The notes: a model not told the origin generated them from the sequence alone. A DNA stretch of 63,950 nt, filler included, from Conidiobolus incongruus B7586 (GCA_000697335.1; 46 parts of 46 records of this genome joined end to end with filler, not necessarily neighbours in it), one strand, 5' to 3'; positions 28,638-43,550 are shown, counted from the whole stretch's first letter. Translations and numbers: made by a program.

Positions 28638-29718
28638 AATAAATTGATTATTATTTAATAAAATATACTTAAATTAAATAATTAAAATTTATAATATTTA
28701 TTAATCATATAAATCATTAATTAATGATATTTAGTAATTAATTGGCTAAAATATCAATATTTAAATTTTACCTAATATAAGTCATAAATTTAGAAGTTTT
28801 TGGTGATAAAAAAAATTTAAACTTAATATATCTATCCTAATTTTCTAATTATTTTAAGTTTATGGGGTATAAAATCAACTAACTTCTTATAATAAAAAGG
28901 GTTAATTTTGTTTTATACTTCTTAAACATATTCCCAAAGCTAATTTAAATTCTTTCTTAGAGGAAAAGCTTTAATAACTTTTTTTAACTAATCTTAAAAA
29001 TATTAAATTAGTTTAAAGTTAAAAGATTAAAGAAGTTACTTTATAATTATTATCTTATTATTTTTAAGCTATTTAGTAATAAAAGTTGTAATATAGTAAA
29101 AAGTATTATTTTACTAGAAAATAACATTAGATTTATTTAACCTAGATTATTTAATAATTTTTTTCATTTTATTATTTAGAATATTTTAATATATTTATTA
29201 TTAATTCCCCTATTAACTTAATAAAAATACTTTATATTTAAAGAAAACATATATCTCTAAATTATAATTAACCCATCATTATACTTTTAGGTAAAATTAA
29301 TATAATGGTTACAAAGTAGTTTTGTATTTTTTTGAATCATCTAGCTTTTTTATTAAATCTACTAAAATATATTTTTGTTTTATTAAACTAAATAACTTAA
29401 TTTTAATTAGTTTTAATTTAAGAATAATTATAACATTTAAACTCCTATCTATTTTAATATTAAGATTTCTTTAATTAGGGGTGTTTTTTCTTAAAATATA
29501 AGTAATATCTATATTAAAATAAAGCACATATAATAGTATTAATATTAACTAATATTCTTATATAATCTTATAGTTTTTATTTTATTTCTATAGCAATTCT
29601 ATATTTACTTATATTAATTAACCTATAGATATACTTTTTATTATACCTATCTTTAATCTTAACACACTTAAGTTTAAATTGAAATATATTCTTATTATTA
29701 TTCTTATTAACTTTAACT
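28638..29718 (-). mobile_element. Degenerate Tc1-like (DD34E) copy
   Basis: Reverse complement of the family; inner TIR repeat aagtcataaattt retained at ~28779-28791. Confidence 0.9.
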
Positions 29719-29929
29719 NNNNNNNNNNNNNNNNNNNNNNNNNNNNNNNNNNNNNNNNNNNNTTAATTAATTAANNNNNNNNNNNNNNNNNNNNNNNNNN
29801 NNNNNNNNNNNNNNNNNNAATATTATATTTATCAATTATAATATTTGATTAAAAACTATTTATAATGCTTAAAATTTCAATATCTTTTTTATTTTAATTT
29901 TTAAAAAATTTATATTAATTTTATAAGGT

Positions 29930-30520
29930 TTAATTTCTCTGAACCATATAAAATTAATTTCACTTATAATGCTAAGAAGAATAATTTTAAGGTTTAACAA
30001 GATTAAATAAAATATTAAGTATAATTAAAATGAAAAAACAACTCAAAAGGTAAAAGTTTGGTTTGGATTACTTTCAAATTATTTTACTGGACTTAGGCAA
30101 TAATAAATTCAATTATGTGGATATCATTTATATTAAATATTATCCAATTCACTTAATTATACATATATATATTGGATATAATATAATGATACAAAATTAC
30201 TTGATTATTTATAAGTACAGTTTTAATTAAAAAATTAATTTTATTCACTTAAAAAGCAAATTTAATAATAATTGAATATATATTATAAGTTATCGTTTAA
30301 TTTTTTAATATATTGTAATTTTTGAGATAATTATACTTATTATATAATAATCTTAAAATGTAAATAAAATATTAAATAATATTTGGATCAATAAATTTAC
30401 TATGAATTTGATTAAAACATTAAAAAGTTTGCTTTTGACATTAATTCAACTATTTAGAATGATATTTAATATATTTGTTTAAAAAATATTAATCGAATAA
30501 AATTAGATGATGATGTAATT
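29930..30520 (+). pseudogene. Possible relic of a third Tc1/mariner-superfamily transposase
   Basis: KNNFKV* ... QKVKVWFGLLSNYFTGL ... WI*YNDTK resemble the KQN.R.W, QKV.VWCG...GP and WFQQDGA blocks; heavily frameshifted. Confidence 0.3.
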
Positions 30521-31039
30521 ATTAACCAATATTACTTTAACCAAATTTATATATTTATTTATTACCTCACTAAATATATTTTAAATATTTACAAGTGTAC
30601 TCTAACACTAATAAGTTTTTTTATATAAATTTTTATTTATTATTCAAAATTATTCCAAAAGTTATGATTCACAAATTTACCTTTGATTTATTAAACTGAA
30701 CTAAAAAAACTATTTTAGATATCCCAATAGTTATATTAGTTTATTTTTATAAATAAATTAATTATATAAGCTTATGTAAATTAAATATTTTCTATTAACT
30801 GATATATATATAATATATTAAATTTAAAATATTTCAGAAAATATTTTCTTTTAATATTGAATTATATTAATATATTATTTATNNNNNNNNNNNNNNNNNN
30901 NNNNNNNNNNNNNNNNNNNNNNNNNNTTAATTAATTAANNNNNNNNNNNNNNNNNNNNNNNNNNNNNNNNNNNNNNNNNNNNTTAATTAATTAAAATAAT
31001 TATAAATAAATAAATTATAAATTAAGGATTATAATAAAT

Positions 31040-31950
31040 TTTATAGTTTTTTTTAACTTATATTTAATTAATAAATTCTTTATAACTTTAGCTTTATATA
31101 TTTTGTAATTATTATATAAAATAATTATTATTCTTAAAATATATTAAAAGTATTAATTAGAATTGATTTTATTTTAAATAAGAATATAAAATTTATTATT
31201 AACTAATTCTCCTTTAGGAACCTTAATAAAAATAATAAATTTTTTAATTGATATTACTATAAGTGTAGTGGTAGTTAAACTAATATAGTGCCAAGGAAGA
31301 CTTAATATTAAAGTAACGTGGCACAGAATATGGCAGGGTAACATGGGATATAGTGTGCAAATGTAAACAAAGTTTAATTAAGCTTCAAACTGGGATAAGT
31401 CACTGATATATTAAGGTTTATTTTAGATAATACCAATATACTATAATATTAACAAGATATAGTTTTAGTCTTAGAATTAGTGTAAAAGATAAAAATAATA
31501 AAAATTAAAAGGAAAAAGAGGAACTTAGTTTATTAGATAATTTAATATTATTTATATAATTAATTTATCTATAAAAGTGTAAATTAACCATATAATTTAT
31601 AATTAATTAAATTATATAGAAATATACATAAGAATTTAGAGAACTAGTTTTTTAAAAATTATCTTATAAATAAAATAATTATTAATATCAATTTTTAAAA
31701 GGATTATTTTAATTTTAACTATTATTTTAGTTTAAATATTAATAGAAAATTATATAAATGAAGTTATAATTAATGAGTTAAGTATCTTTATTATAAAAAA
31801 CTTTGTTTTCATAATTATATTTTAGTAATATCAATTTAACTATAGTTTTAAATTTTTCAAGTAATAGGTAAATTATAAAACACCTATTATAGATTTTTAT
31901 TAACCAATTTAAGATAAAAAATTTGATATATATAATATATATTATATAAT
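31040..31950 (-). mobile_element. Decayed mariner copy interrupted by a family C LTR
   Basis: 31070-31250 matches 3010-3170 and 31660-31900 continues to match ~3210-3450. Confidence 0.55.
31252..31656 (-). mobile_element. Family C LTR (solo), least mutated copy
   Basis: Aligns over ~405 bp with 4707-5114 and 43551-43956; retains gtaacgtggcacagaatatggcagggtaacatggg. Confidence 0.7.
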
Positions 31951-32144
31951 TAATATTAGAGTATTATGATATATCTTTTATTAAAAAATAAAGATTTTAT
32001 TATTATTTTTTTTATTTTATAAATAGTCAAAAAAAATAATTAAANNNNNNNNNNNNNNNNNNNNNNNNNNNNNNNNNNNNNNNNNNNNTTAATTAATTAA
32101 NNNNNNNNNNNNNNNNNNNNNNNNNNNNNNNNNNNNNNNNNNNN

Positions 32145-32411
32145 AAAGTTAAAAAAGTTAAAGATAAATATATTAAGTTTTAATTTTTTTTATTATCAAA
32201 AACCTATGAATATATGATTTATTTTAAATAAAATTTAATAGTTGATATTTTAACCAATCAATAACTAAATATAATTATTTAATAATATATAATATTAATA
32301 AGTATATATAATTCTAAATATTTAATTAATATTTATTTTATTAATTATTATTTAAGTTCTTATTAAAGAGATAAATGTTTTTAATTTATAGTCTATTTAT
32401 ATAGGTTAGTA
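32145..32411 (+). mobile_element. Tc1-like 3' end and right TIR
   Basis: Decayed KAKGGYT.F* followed by ~210 bp TIR ending ataggttagta. Confidence 0.8.
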
Positions 32412-32413
32412 TA

Positions 32414-32607
32414 TGTCACAGATTCATAACCATTCTCAAAATTCCCATAAATCATAATATGAATCATTCTCCTATAAATAATTAGACAATATAACCTTCT
32501 ATAGCAGGTGGACTAGTGTAATTAGTCTGTTGATCAACCTTTCTTGGTTCAGCTTCCTTTACACTCTGACTCTGCTCTATTAGTTTAATAAATCTAGTGA
32601 GCATCCA
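32414..32607 (+). mobile_element. Solo LTR (194 bp) with perfect 5-bp TSD GTATA
   Basis: TGTCACA...GCATCCA; GTATA at 32409-32413 and 32608-32612; internal TATAAATA (~32473) and AATAAA (~32587). Confidence 0.8.
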
Positions 32608-33289
32608 GTATAATATAATAAATCAATATAAAATTAATATAATATAATTTATTATAATTTTATAATTATAGATATATTGATTTTAATATTAGTAATATTT
32701 ATTTCCTATAGTGATATTATAGTTATATATAAATGTTTTATCAAAATTATTATTCCTAAAAGATTTAATATTATAGATATAAACTTATTTTCAAGATAAT
32801 ATTAAAATTTAGATAATTTAAATATAATAGACCTTATTTATCAAATATTTATTTCAATAATTTTAATAAATCTAATAAATAAATTGCAATAGTTTATATT
32901 TAATTATTTCTAGTATATAGATATTTTAATTTGATTTTTATTAAAAAATTTTAAAAAAATTAATATAAACCTTTTTTAAAATTATATATAATAAAATATT
33001 CTATAAATTATCAGCTAAATTTAAAAATATAATATTTTATTTTATTTATATTAAAATTTTTTATATTATATCAATTATCAGAATATTAATCTAATTATAT
33101 ATAAAATTGGGATATTTAACCTTGTTTTTTTATAAAACTTGCTATATATTTATTAGAATATCTGATTAAATTAAAAATTAATCAATTTANNNNNNNNNNN
33201 NNNNNNNNNNNNNNNNNNNNNNNNNNNNNNNNNTTAATTAATTAANNNNNNNNNNNNNNNNNNNNNNNNNNNNNNNNNNNNNNNNNNNN

Positions 33290-34327
33290 ATAAATAAATA
33301 TGATAAAAAGTATATATATAGTTAAGTAAATATAAGCAAATATGGTATTAATATAAAAATATAACAAGAACTATGAGATTATATAAAAATATTAGCTAAT
33401 ACTAATATTATTATATATTCTTTATATTAGTATAGATATTATTTATATCTTAAAAAATATCTTTAAGTAAAAAAATCCTATTATAATATTAAATTGAAAT
33501 TTAAATATCACCCTTATTATTAAATTAAAATAAATTAAAATTAAGTTATTTAATTTAATAAAATAAAAATATAATTAATAAATTTAATAGAAAATTTAAA
33601 TATCTTAGAAAAGATATAAAATTATTTCATAATTATTATATTAATTTTACCCAAAAGTAAAATAATAGGTTAATTATTATTTAAGGATATATATTGTATT
33701 AAATATAAAATATCATTGTAAAGTTAATAAGGAAATTAATATTAAGATATATTAAAATATTCTAAATAATAAATTCAAAAAAAATATTAAATAATATAGG
33801 TTAAACAAATCTGATGTTATTTTGTAACAAGATAATACCTTTTTGTTATATTATAACTTTTTTTACTAAATACCCTAAAAATAACAAAATAACAGCTATA
33901 AAGTAACCTCTTTAATTTTTGAACTAAAATTTTATTAAATATTTTTATAATTAATAAAATAAGTTATTAAAGCTTTCTCTGTAATAAAAGCTTTAAATTA
34001 GCTTTAAAAATATATTTTAGTAGGATAAAACAAAATTAACCCTTATTAATATAAATAGTTAGTTAATTCTATATCTAATAAACTTAAAGAAGTTAGATAA
34101 GCTAAAGATAGATATATTATGTTTTAATCTTTTTTTATCACCAAAAACCAATATATTAATAACTTATTTTAGATAAAATTAAAAGATTTATATTTTGACT
34201 AATAAATAACTAAATATTATCATTTATTGATATATATTATTAATAAATATAATAGATTTTAATAATCAAATTTTGGTTAATTTCAATAAATATAATTAAG
34301 ATATAAGTAAAAATAAAACTGTTTTTG
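33290..34327 (+). mobile_element. Degenerate Tc1-like (DD34E) copy
   Basis: Colinear with the family; QDNTF and K*P relics. Confidence 0.88.
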
Positions 34328-34427
34328 NNNNNNNNNNNNNNNNNNNNNNNNNNNNNNNNNNNNNNNNNNNNTTAATTAATTAANNNNNNNNNNNNNNNNN
34401 NNNNNNNNNNNNNNNNNNNNNNNNNNN

Positions 34428-35456
34428 ATTATAAAATAATATAATAAGAAGTATATTTATAATTTAGTTAATATAAACAAGTATGGTATTATTATAAAAA
34501 TATAATAAAAACTATAAAACTATATATAAATATTATTTAATACTAATATTATTATATATGCTTTATATTAACATAAATATCACTTATAATTTAAGAAAAA
34601 ACACCCTTAATTAAAAAAATCTCATCATAAATTTAGGTGGGAGTTTAAATATCATTATTGATATTAAACTAAAATTATTTAGAATAAGGTTACTAAGTTT
34701 AATAAAATAAAAAAATATTTTAATTGAATAAATAAAAAAGATAGATAATTAAAAAAAGTTATAAAACTACTTTATAACTATTATATTTATTTTATTTAAA
34801 AGTATAATAATAATTTAATTATTATTTAAAGATAAATATTATCTTTATGTATCAGATATCCTTATAAAGTTAATAAGGGAAATAATACTAAAATATACTA
34901 AAATATTCTAAATAATAAATTGAAAAAAGCAATTTAATAATATAGGTTAAACAAATTTAATAATATTTTCCAATAAAATAATACCTTTTGTTATATTATA
35001 GTGTTTATTACTAAATTGCTTAAAAATAACAAAATAATGATTATAAAGTAGTTTATTCAATCTTTTAACTTTAACCTAATTAAATAACTTTAAGATTAGT
35101 TAATAAAAATATTAAAGTTTTTCCCTTAATATAAAATTTAAAACAGAGTTAAGAATATATTTAAAAAGCATAGAATAAGATTAACCATTTTTAATATAAA
35201 AAGTTAATTGATTTTATACCTTATAAACTTAAAAAAGTTAGAAAAATTAAAGGTGGATATATTAGGCTTTAATTTTTTTTATCACTAAAAATTAATAAAT
35301 TTATAACTCAACTTAGGTAAAATTCAAAATTAATATTTTAATCAATTAAAAACTAAATATCATCATTTAATAATTTATATTATTAATAAATATAATAAAT
35401 TGTAATTATTTAATTTAGGTTTATTTAATTAAATATTAATCAAGTTATATATAAAA
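34428..35456 (+). mobile_element. Degenerate Tc1-like (DD34E) copy
   Basis: Retains RWEF and the terminal KGGY (aaaggtggatat). Confidence 0.9.
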
Positions 35457-35556
35457 NNNNNNNNNNNNNNNNNNNNNNNNNNNNNNNNNNNNNNNNNNNN
35501 TTAATTAATTAANNNNNNNNNNNNNNNNNNNNNNNNNNNNNNNNNNNNNNNNNNNN

Positions 35557-36578
35557 AAAAAATAATTCTTAAATTTAAATACAAAAATTTGATATTTTAT
35601 AAACTAATTAAATTTTTTATAGAAATATTTTTCTTATAACTTATTTTTTTAATTAACCAAAACAATTATAATTACACAGGTTATAATCTAAGGAATATAC
35701 TAGATATAGTAGTTTTTTCTAGATATTTTTAATTAGAAAATATTTTTAACTTTAGATTAATATATTTAATAATTAATACAAAATAATTGGTCTTCAAAAA
35801 TTATATTAAAAATACCAATTAGAATAGTTTTATTTAAAAAAATAATATAAAGTTTATTATTAATTCATTTTCCTTTAAAAACTAAATAAAAATAGCATAT
35901 AATATTATAGTTTATTATAATAATTAACATTTGTTAATTAATAAAATAATTATTATAAGAGATTTATAAAATGGTTTATTTGGCTTAATTTAGCATTTTG
36001 ATTTATATTTTAATAAAAAACTATACAGAAGAGTCTAAAATTTATCTATTATAATTATTTATTACACAAGCATAGGTTTCTGATAATATTTTAGTAAGTT
36101 TTATTTAATAATACTAATTTTTAATTTTTTTTAAGCTTAAGATAAATTGTAAAATATCAATTTTATTTTATTATATATTAATTTAAGTTCAAACTTTAAT
36201 ATATATATAAAATACCTGTAAGATTAATATTAAAGTATTTAGATATTTTTCTAGCTAAAAGGTTTTTTTCAATAAATTGATTTATTTTATTAATAATTCA
36301 AGAAAATGATAATTGAAATTAATCTTTAAATTTTAGCAAGTTTTGGATAATTTCTTTCAAAGCTTTAAGATAATTTACTAAGAAATAAATTATAGATTTA
36401 AATAATATTTTATTATTAAAAGCAACTTATAAATTTTAAAATATTTTAAAGGGTTTATGGTTAAGTTCTATTTATATTAAAATAAATGACTTTTGGTGAT
36501 TATTATTTAATTTAATTATTATTATAATAAATAACTAATTTTAAAAAATTAATACTTTAAAAAAAAATAATAAAAATA
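35557..36578 (-). mobile_element. Degenerate mariner (DD34D) copy
   Basis: Minus strand keeps GAT TAT AAC CTG TGT AAT TAT (DYNLCNY), supplying the Cys of YNPCDY. Confidence 0.88.
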
Positions 36579-39500
36579 NNNNNNNNNNNNNNNNNNNNNN
36601 NNNNNNNNNNNNNNNNNNNNNNTTAATTAATTAANNNNNNNNNNNNNNNNNNNNNNNNNNNNNNNNNNNNNNNNNNNNTAAATTTAATATTATAATATCT
36701 ATAAATAAATAAAAATAGTTAAAAGTAAAAAAATCAGGTTTCTCAATACTTTAGGAAATATATATTAACGAAATCCTTTAATATTGAGTTATTAACTAAT
36801 AATATAATAAAAATATATTAATAATTAGGCAAAAAGGTTTTTTATTTATATAAGCCCTTTTTATGTCTTTTTTATAATTAAAAAAGATATATAAGCATAA
36901 ATATATATAATTAAATAATACTAAGATTATTTAAATATAGATTTATAAAATATTGATAATATTTAATTTAGAAAATTAAATCTTTAAATATGAATTAGAA
37001 TAAGAAAAGGTATTAATTAAATTACAATTATTATAATATTTATACCTTTTTCAAACTATATTGAGTTATTAACATAATCTTATTTTTTTGATATTTTAAT
37101 ATAAAATAAATATATATGAGTGTTATTAATTATTTCAAGTGATTCTTAAGTTAATTTAAAATTAAAATAACTTAACTTTTTTATAAAATAATAAGGTTTT
37201 TTATATTTTGTTTTATATATAAGAATTTTATTAATATAATATTTTTTATCGCTTTGATTATCAATAATAGGTAATAAAGGTTCTTTGAAATTTTAATCAG
37301 GAAACTTATTTTTAAGATAATAATATAATTTTAATAATAAGATATAAAAGATTAGTTAATATTTATAAGTTTTTGATAATTTTAATAAAAATTTTTTCAG
37401 TTTAAAACTTGTTTTAAGGATATAAAATAGCTTAATCAAATATGGTAAAAGCTTTTGATTTGTGTTGTTTTTAGATATTTGCTTGGTAAAGGGTATATTT
37501 GTTATATCTAAATAAAATTAAAAACTTAAGTTTATATTCAAATAAAGATTTGTGGAATTTTAAATAAAAATTTTTATTATATATTTGTTTTAACTTAATT
37601 GATTTTAAAATTATTTGATAGATTAATTTAATTTTATTTATTTTATTTATTATAAACTTATTAGTAATAATATTAAAGTAAAAATAATTAATAAATTAAN
37701 NNNNNNNNNNNNNNNNNNNNNNNNNNNNNNNNNNNNNNNNNNNTTAATTAATTAANNNNNNNNNNNNNNNNNNNNNNNNNNNNNNNNNNNNNNNNNNNNA
37801 AATATTTAAATTAATTATCATTGGATTAATAAATCAAATATTTATATATTGATATATTTTATAAAATATTTTCAAATTATTATAATTTTTATTTTATTAT
37901 AAAATTAATTTTGATTGAAGAAAATCCATATTAATAAAATAATTCCAAAATATAATAGTTAAATAACATTCTATTAAAATTCTTTCTTTTCTAAGGCATA
38001 ATTGTTGTATTTTAATTTTAATTTATAATTATTGCTTATATTTTAAATGGATAATGATACTATAATATTAATCTCAATTTTTCTTTAATTTACCTTTTTC
38101 AATTAATTTGTTGATAAAAGTTTATATCAAAAATAGATATAAAAAGCTGTGAAAAATTAGAGAATTACATATTTCAAACTTTTATTTAACCAAATATTAT
38201 ATTTTCATTATATTAGACAGATATGGGTTTGAATAATTATCAATTTTAGTTCATAATAATATACTATATATTTAATTTGGTAATAATTAAAATTAATTCA
38301 AAATTTCAAATTCAACATTAAATACAAAGTGATAAAAATTAAAAATATATCTTTAAATTATTATGATTAGTGAAATATAATCAATCAAATTAATTAATAT
38401 TCTATTAGAAATAAGTTGAGATTTGTTGAAATATTTATTATACAAAATAATATATTGAAAATATTATTAAATAATGATGGAATATAAAGAATATAATCTA
38501 TTTATTTATTTTTATTCAAAAGTTTATTATTATATTTTTCATAACCATAAATATATTGAAATATTTATAATTATTTCATATCGTAAATATTTCAATTTTT
38601 TTAATAATTAAATTTATTTTATAATATTTTTATCAGCTTTATATTCAATATACCATTGTAAAATTAAATAATTCATTTAACATTTCAAGAAATATTAATT
38701 TATATATATAAATATCATCTAAATAGATTGTTAAAAATTAGAATTATGAATAATATCACAATTTTGTCAATAGAGTTTATATTATATTTTTGGAAATATT
38801 CATTAATAAATAATATAAATNNNNNNNNNNNNNNNNNNNNNNNNNNNNNNNNNNNNNNNNNNNNTTAATTAATTAANNNNNNNNNNNNNNNNNNNNNNNN
38901 NNNNNNNNNNNNNNNNNNNNTTAAATAATTTTCTATATCTATTTTATAAAAAAATGAATAAAAAATATTTGTTTAAAATATTAGAATAATACTTATTATA
39001 AAAGTTTGAATTTAATATAAAATAATTGGAAGTTATATTAACTGAATTAAAATTTTATTTTTAAATATATACTATGATTATTAGTTTATTATTTTTATTT
39101 TTCATTATAATTATTGAATTTACTTAAAAGTTATATTTCAAGCAAAACATCTATTTATGTTAATCGAATAAATTATAATATTATTGAACGCTCAACTTTC
39201 AATTTATATAATTCGTAATTGTACTATTTCAATATTAAAATATAAGGACCAAATTAAATATGGAATTAAATTTCCAATAATAACTTTTCATTTAATAAAT
39301 TCAAAAAGGTTCCAAATAACTTACCCCTATTTTCTTTAAGATTATATATAACTTTATATTGTAATTTGTTTGTTTTAACCATTATTAATAAAATAGGAAT
39401 TTTTTTAAAATTCTTGATTATAATCATGGTGACTTATATATTCAACTTTATGGATATATATTAGATATGGTTACTTGAGCCTAAGTTTAACTTTTATCTG

Positions 39501-40089
39501 TTTTTTCGTATTATCTTTATTATATTATTATTTTTATTATCAAATTGTTAAATATAATAAAACAATAATGATAAAATATTTATTTCATTCTTTTAATATT
39601 AATTTAAAAAAATATAATAATAATTATTTAAAAAAATAAATTAAGTTTTTTAATTAATCAAAATCTAAATTAGTTCAAAAATATATTCATAAAGCTTAGA
39701 ACAAAATTATTGTTTTTAATTTCAAAAGTTAATTGATATTAAAACTTTAAAATTTAAAAATATTACATAAACGAAAGTCAAATATATTAAATTTTAATTG
39801 AATATATATAACCAAAATTTGCAAATTTATTACTCATTTAAAATAAATTATAAGAATCGATATATCATATAAAATATAAAATATTTAACCCAAATATATG
39901 TTATTATAAATATATAATTTAGCTTACTTGAATAATATAANNNNNNNNNNNNNNNNNNNNNNNNNNNNNNNNNNNNNNNNNNNNTTAATTAATTAANNNN
40001 NNNNNNNNNNNNNNNNNNNNNNNNNNNNNNNNNNNNNNNNAAATAGGAAAATAAATAATATAGTATTATATATATATATATATATAATA

Positions 40090-41056
40090 ATTTTTTAAAA
40101 TTAGTTGATTAATTTAATTATATTTAAACCAAATAATAACCAGCAAAAGTCTTTTATTTTAATATTAGTAAAACCTAACCATAAATCCTCTAAAATCATT
40201 TAAAATGTACAAATAGCTTCTGGTAATAAAGTATTATCTATATTAATAATTTATTGCTAGATAAATTATTTTAAAGCCAAATAAGAAACTAAACAAAACC
40301 TATTAAAATTTAAAAGAATAATTTCTACTATTATTGTTATAATTATTAATAAAGTGATAAAACATATTAAAAAACATTTTTTTGTTTCAGTTAAAGAATT
40401 ATAAAGGTATTTTTATTTTAGTCACATAAGTATTTTATATATATTAATGTTGTAAATAAATTTAATTAATAAAAATATAAATTAGGTTATTTATAGTTTA
40501 TCTAAAGCTTAAAAAAATTAGAATAGCTATTGCTAAACAAATTTACTAAAGTATAGCTAAACACCAAAGCATTTACAATAAAATATTTTAATTGATAAAT
40601 CCTAAGTTTTTTTGTATATTCTTTTATCAAAATATAAATCAAATTGTTAGATTAAGTTAAATTAATCCTCTTTATAAATTTCTTTAAATAAACACTATAT
40701 TAATAGATAAATGTTAATTATTATAATAAATCATAGTTATATATATTGTTTTTATTTAGTTTTGAAAAAAATTTCAATTAATAATAAACTTTATATTTCT
40801 TTGTTAAATAAAACTATTTCAAATTGGTATTTTTAATAATATTTTAAGAATAACTATTATTTTGCAATATCATTATAAAATAATTAAATATAAAGTTATA
40901 AAAAATTTTCTAATTAAAAATAACTAGAAAAAATACCATATTTAGTATATTCCTTAGATTATAACATATATGATTATAATTATTTTGGGTAATCAAAAAA
41001 CTAACTTATAGGAAAGAAAATTTCTATAAAATTAATTAATTAGTTTATAGAATATT
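40090..41056 (+). mobile_element. Degenerate mariner (DD34D) copy
   Basis: Colinear with 6571-7729; NHKSSKII and YSLDYNIYDYNYFG relics. Confidence 0.88.
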
Positions 41057-42272
41057 NNNNNNNNNNNNNNNNNNNNNNNNNNNNNNNNNNNNNNNNNNNN
41101 TTAATTAATTAANNNNNNNNNNNNNNNNNNNNNNNNNNNNNNNNNNNNNNNNNNNNAATAAAATAATCAATAAGGGAGAATAAGTTAAGTTTAATCTTAC
41201 CAATATTCTCTTAAAGCTAATAATATTTTAATTTAAAAAAATAAAACTAATAGAATTAAAATATTTAGTTTATAAATAAAAACTCTTTATTTGGGTAGAA
41301 ATAATGAAAAATCATTTATACTTCTTATTTTATAATTTTTTTATACCTGTTATAAATTATGAATTACTTATTTATTTAAATACCTAAAAGTATTTATTAA
41401 GAAAATAAGTTAAATAGATTAAAATTATCTAAAATAACCTTTTCTTTATTTAATATCCCTTAAGATAATAAAATTATGTTATAGATACTTTATTAAAAAA
41501 TCTTATATATTAACTTATTTATTTTAATTATAAAAACCCAGCAAATATTAATTTAATAATTATAAACACAAATAATAGAAAATTTATTAAATTTTTTTAA
41601 AAAAATTATTAAATAATAATTTCTTTATTTTAATTCAAGAAAAACTCTTTAAACTATTAAAAAATCAATTAAAATATATTAAAAAATTTAAAATTATTGA
41701 TAGCCTATTATATTATAATAATTTCTTATATATCCATAATATTCTTAAAATCTAATAAACATTATTTAATTAATATTATAGCTTATTTATTAAAGGATAT
41801 TAAAATTAGTTGAAAACTACTGAGAAAATTAAAATTAAGTTTTATTAATTCATTTTAATCAAATTAGTTCAGAAATATACTAATATTTATAATATATATT
41901 AAAGAATTAAATATAATATCTAACTAAGATATGATAAACTTATTTCTTTATAAGTTTTTAATAAAACTTAATAATAAGTTTAAATTAATTTTATAAAAAT
42001 CTTTAAATAATATATGGTTATGATAAATTACTATTGTTATTGATTTATTTTATAAATATATTTATTTTATCCTTTGTTTTAAAACCTTTATAGTTAAAGA
42101 TATTATATAACTATTATTTCTTAATATTGTTATTTATCATAAAATTCAATAAACTATTATATTAGATAAAAANNNNNNNNNNNNNNNNNNNNNNNNNNNN
42201 NNNNNNNNNNNNNNNNTTAATTAATTAANNNNNNNNNNNNNNNNNNNNNNNNNNNNNNNNNNNNNNNNNNNN

Positions 42273-43286
42273 TAATATAATTATGTTAATTAAAAAATTA
42301 ATTTTGAAAATTAGTTGTTTAATTTAATTTTACTTAAACCAAATAATAACCATCAAAAGTCTTTTATTTTAATATTAATAAAACTTAATCACAAACTCTT
42401 TAAAATTATTTAAAATTTATAAAACAACTTTTAGTAATAAAATATTATCTAAATCAAAAATTTATTTCTGGGTAAATTATTTTAAAGCTAAGAGAAAAAC
42501 TACCTAAAACCTATTAAAATCTAAAAAAACAATTTTAATTATCATTCTTCTGATTATTAATAAAGTAAAAAATTATATTGAAAAATATCTTTTTAATTCA
42601 GTTAGAGAATTATCAAGATATTTTAATATTAGTTATAAAAGTATTTTAGATATATTAAAATTTATTAATAAAAATACAAAATATATATCTTATAATTTAA
42701 TTAAAGCTTAAAAATAGCTAAAATAGCTATTGCTAAATAAAATTTACCAAGGTATAGTTAGAAATCAAGGCTTTTACAATAAATAATTACAATTGATGAA
42801 TCTTAGATATATTTGTATGATCCTTTACCAAAATATAAATCAAAGTGTTAGATTAAGCTAAATCAACCCTTTTCATAAATTCCTTTAAATATTTTATTAA
42901 TAAGCAAATGTTAATTATTATAATTAATTATAATAGCATCTGCTATTGTTATTTAGTTTTTAAATAAAAATCAATTAAAAATAAACTCTATATTTCTTTT
43001 TTAAATAAAACTATTTCTAATTGGTATTTTTAATATAATTTAAGAAGTATTATTTTTCATGATAATTGCAATATATATAGATTTAAAGATATAAAAAACT
43101 TTCCAATTAAAGATAAATTGAAAAAACTACTATATTTAGTATATTTCTTATATTATAACCTATATGATTATAATTGCTTTAGATAGTTATAAAACTTGCA
43201 TATAAGAAAAAAAATATTTATAAGAAAATTAAATTAATTAATAAAATATTAAAATCAATCTTTAATAAAGGGAAATCTTATTTAGA
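42273..43286 (+). mobile_element. Degenerate mariner (DD34D) copy
   Basis: Retains ITIDES* (first catalytic Asp, ~42785-42805) and HDNC (~43058-43069). Confidence 0.9.
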
Positions 43287-43550
43287 NNNNNNNNNNNNNN
43301 NNNNNNNNNNNNNNNNNNNNNNNNNNNNNNTTAATTAATTAANNNNNNNNNNNNNNNNNNNNNNNNNNNNNNNNNNNNNNNNNNNNAAATTAATTATTTA
43401 AGATAACTAATAAAATCATCTTTTAATTATCAATAAAATCTTTTACTATAAATAATATTATAATTAAAATCTATATTTTTTCTAATATAAAAAATATCCT
43501 AAAAATAAAGCTATTTAAAAATATTATAATAATTTTAAAAAACCAATATT

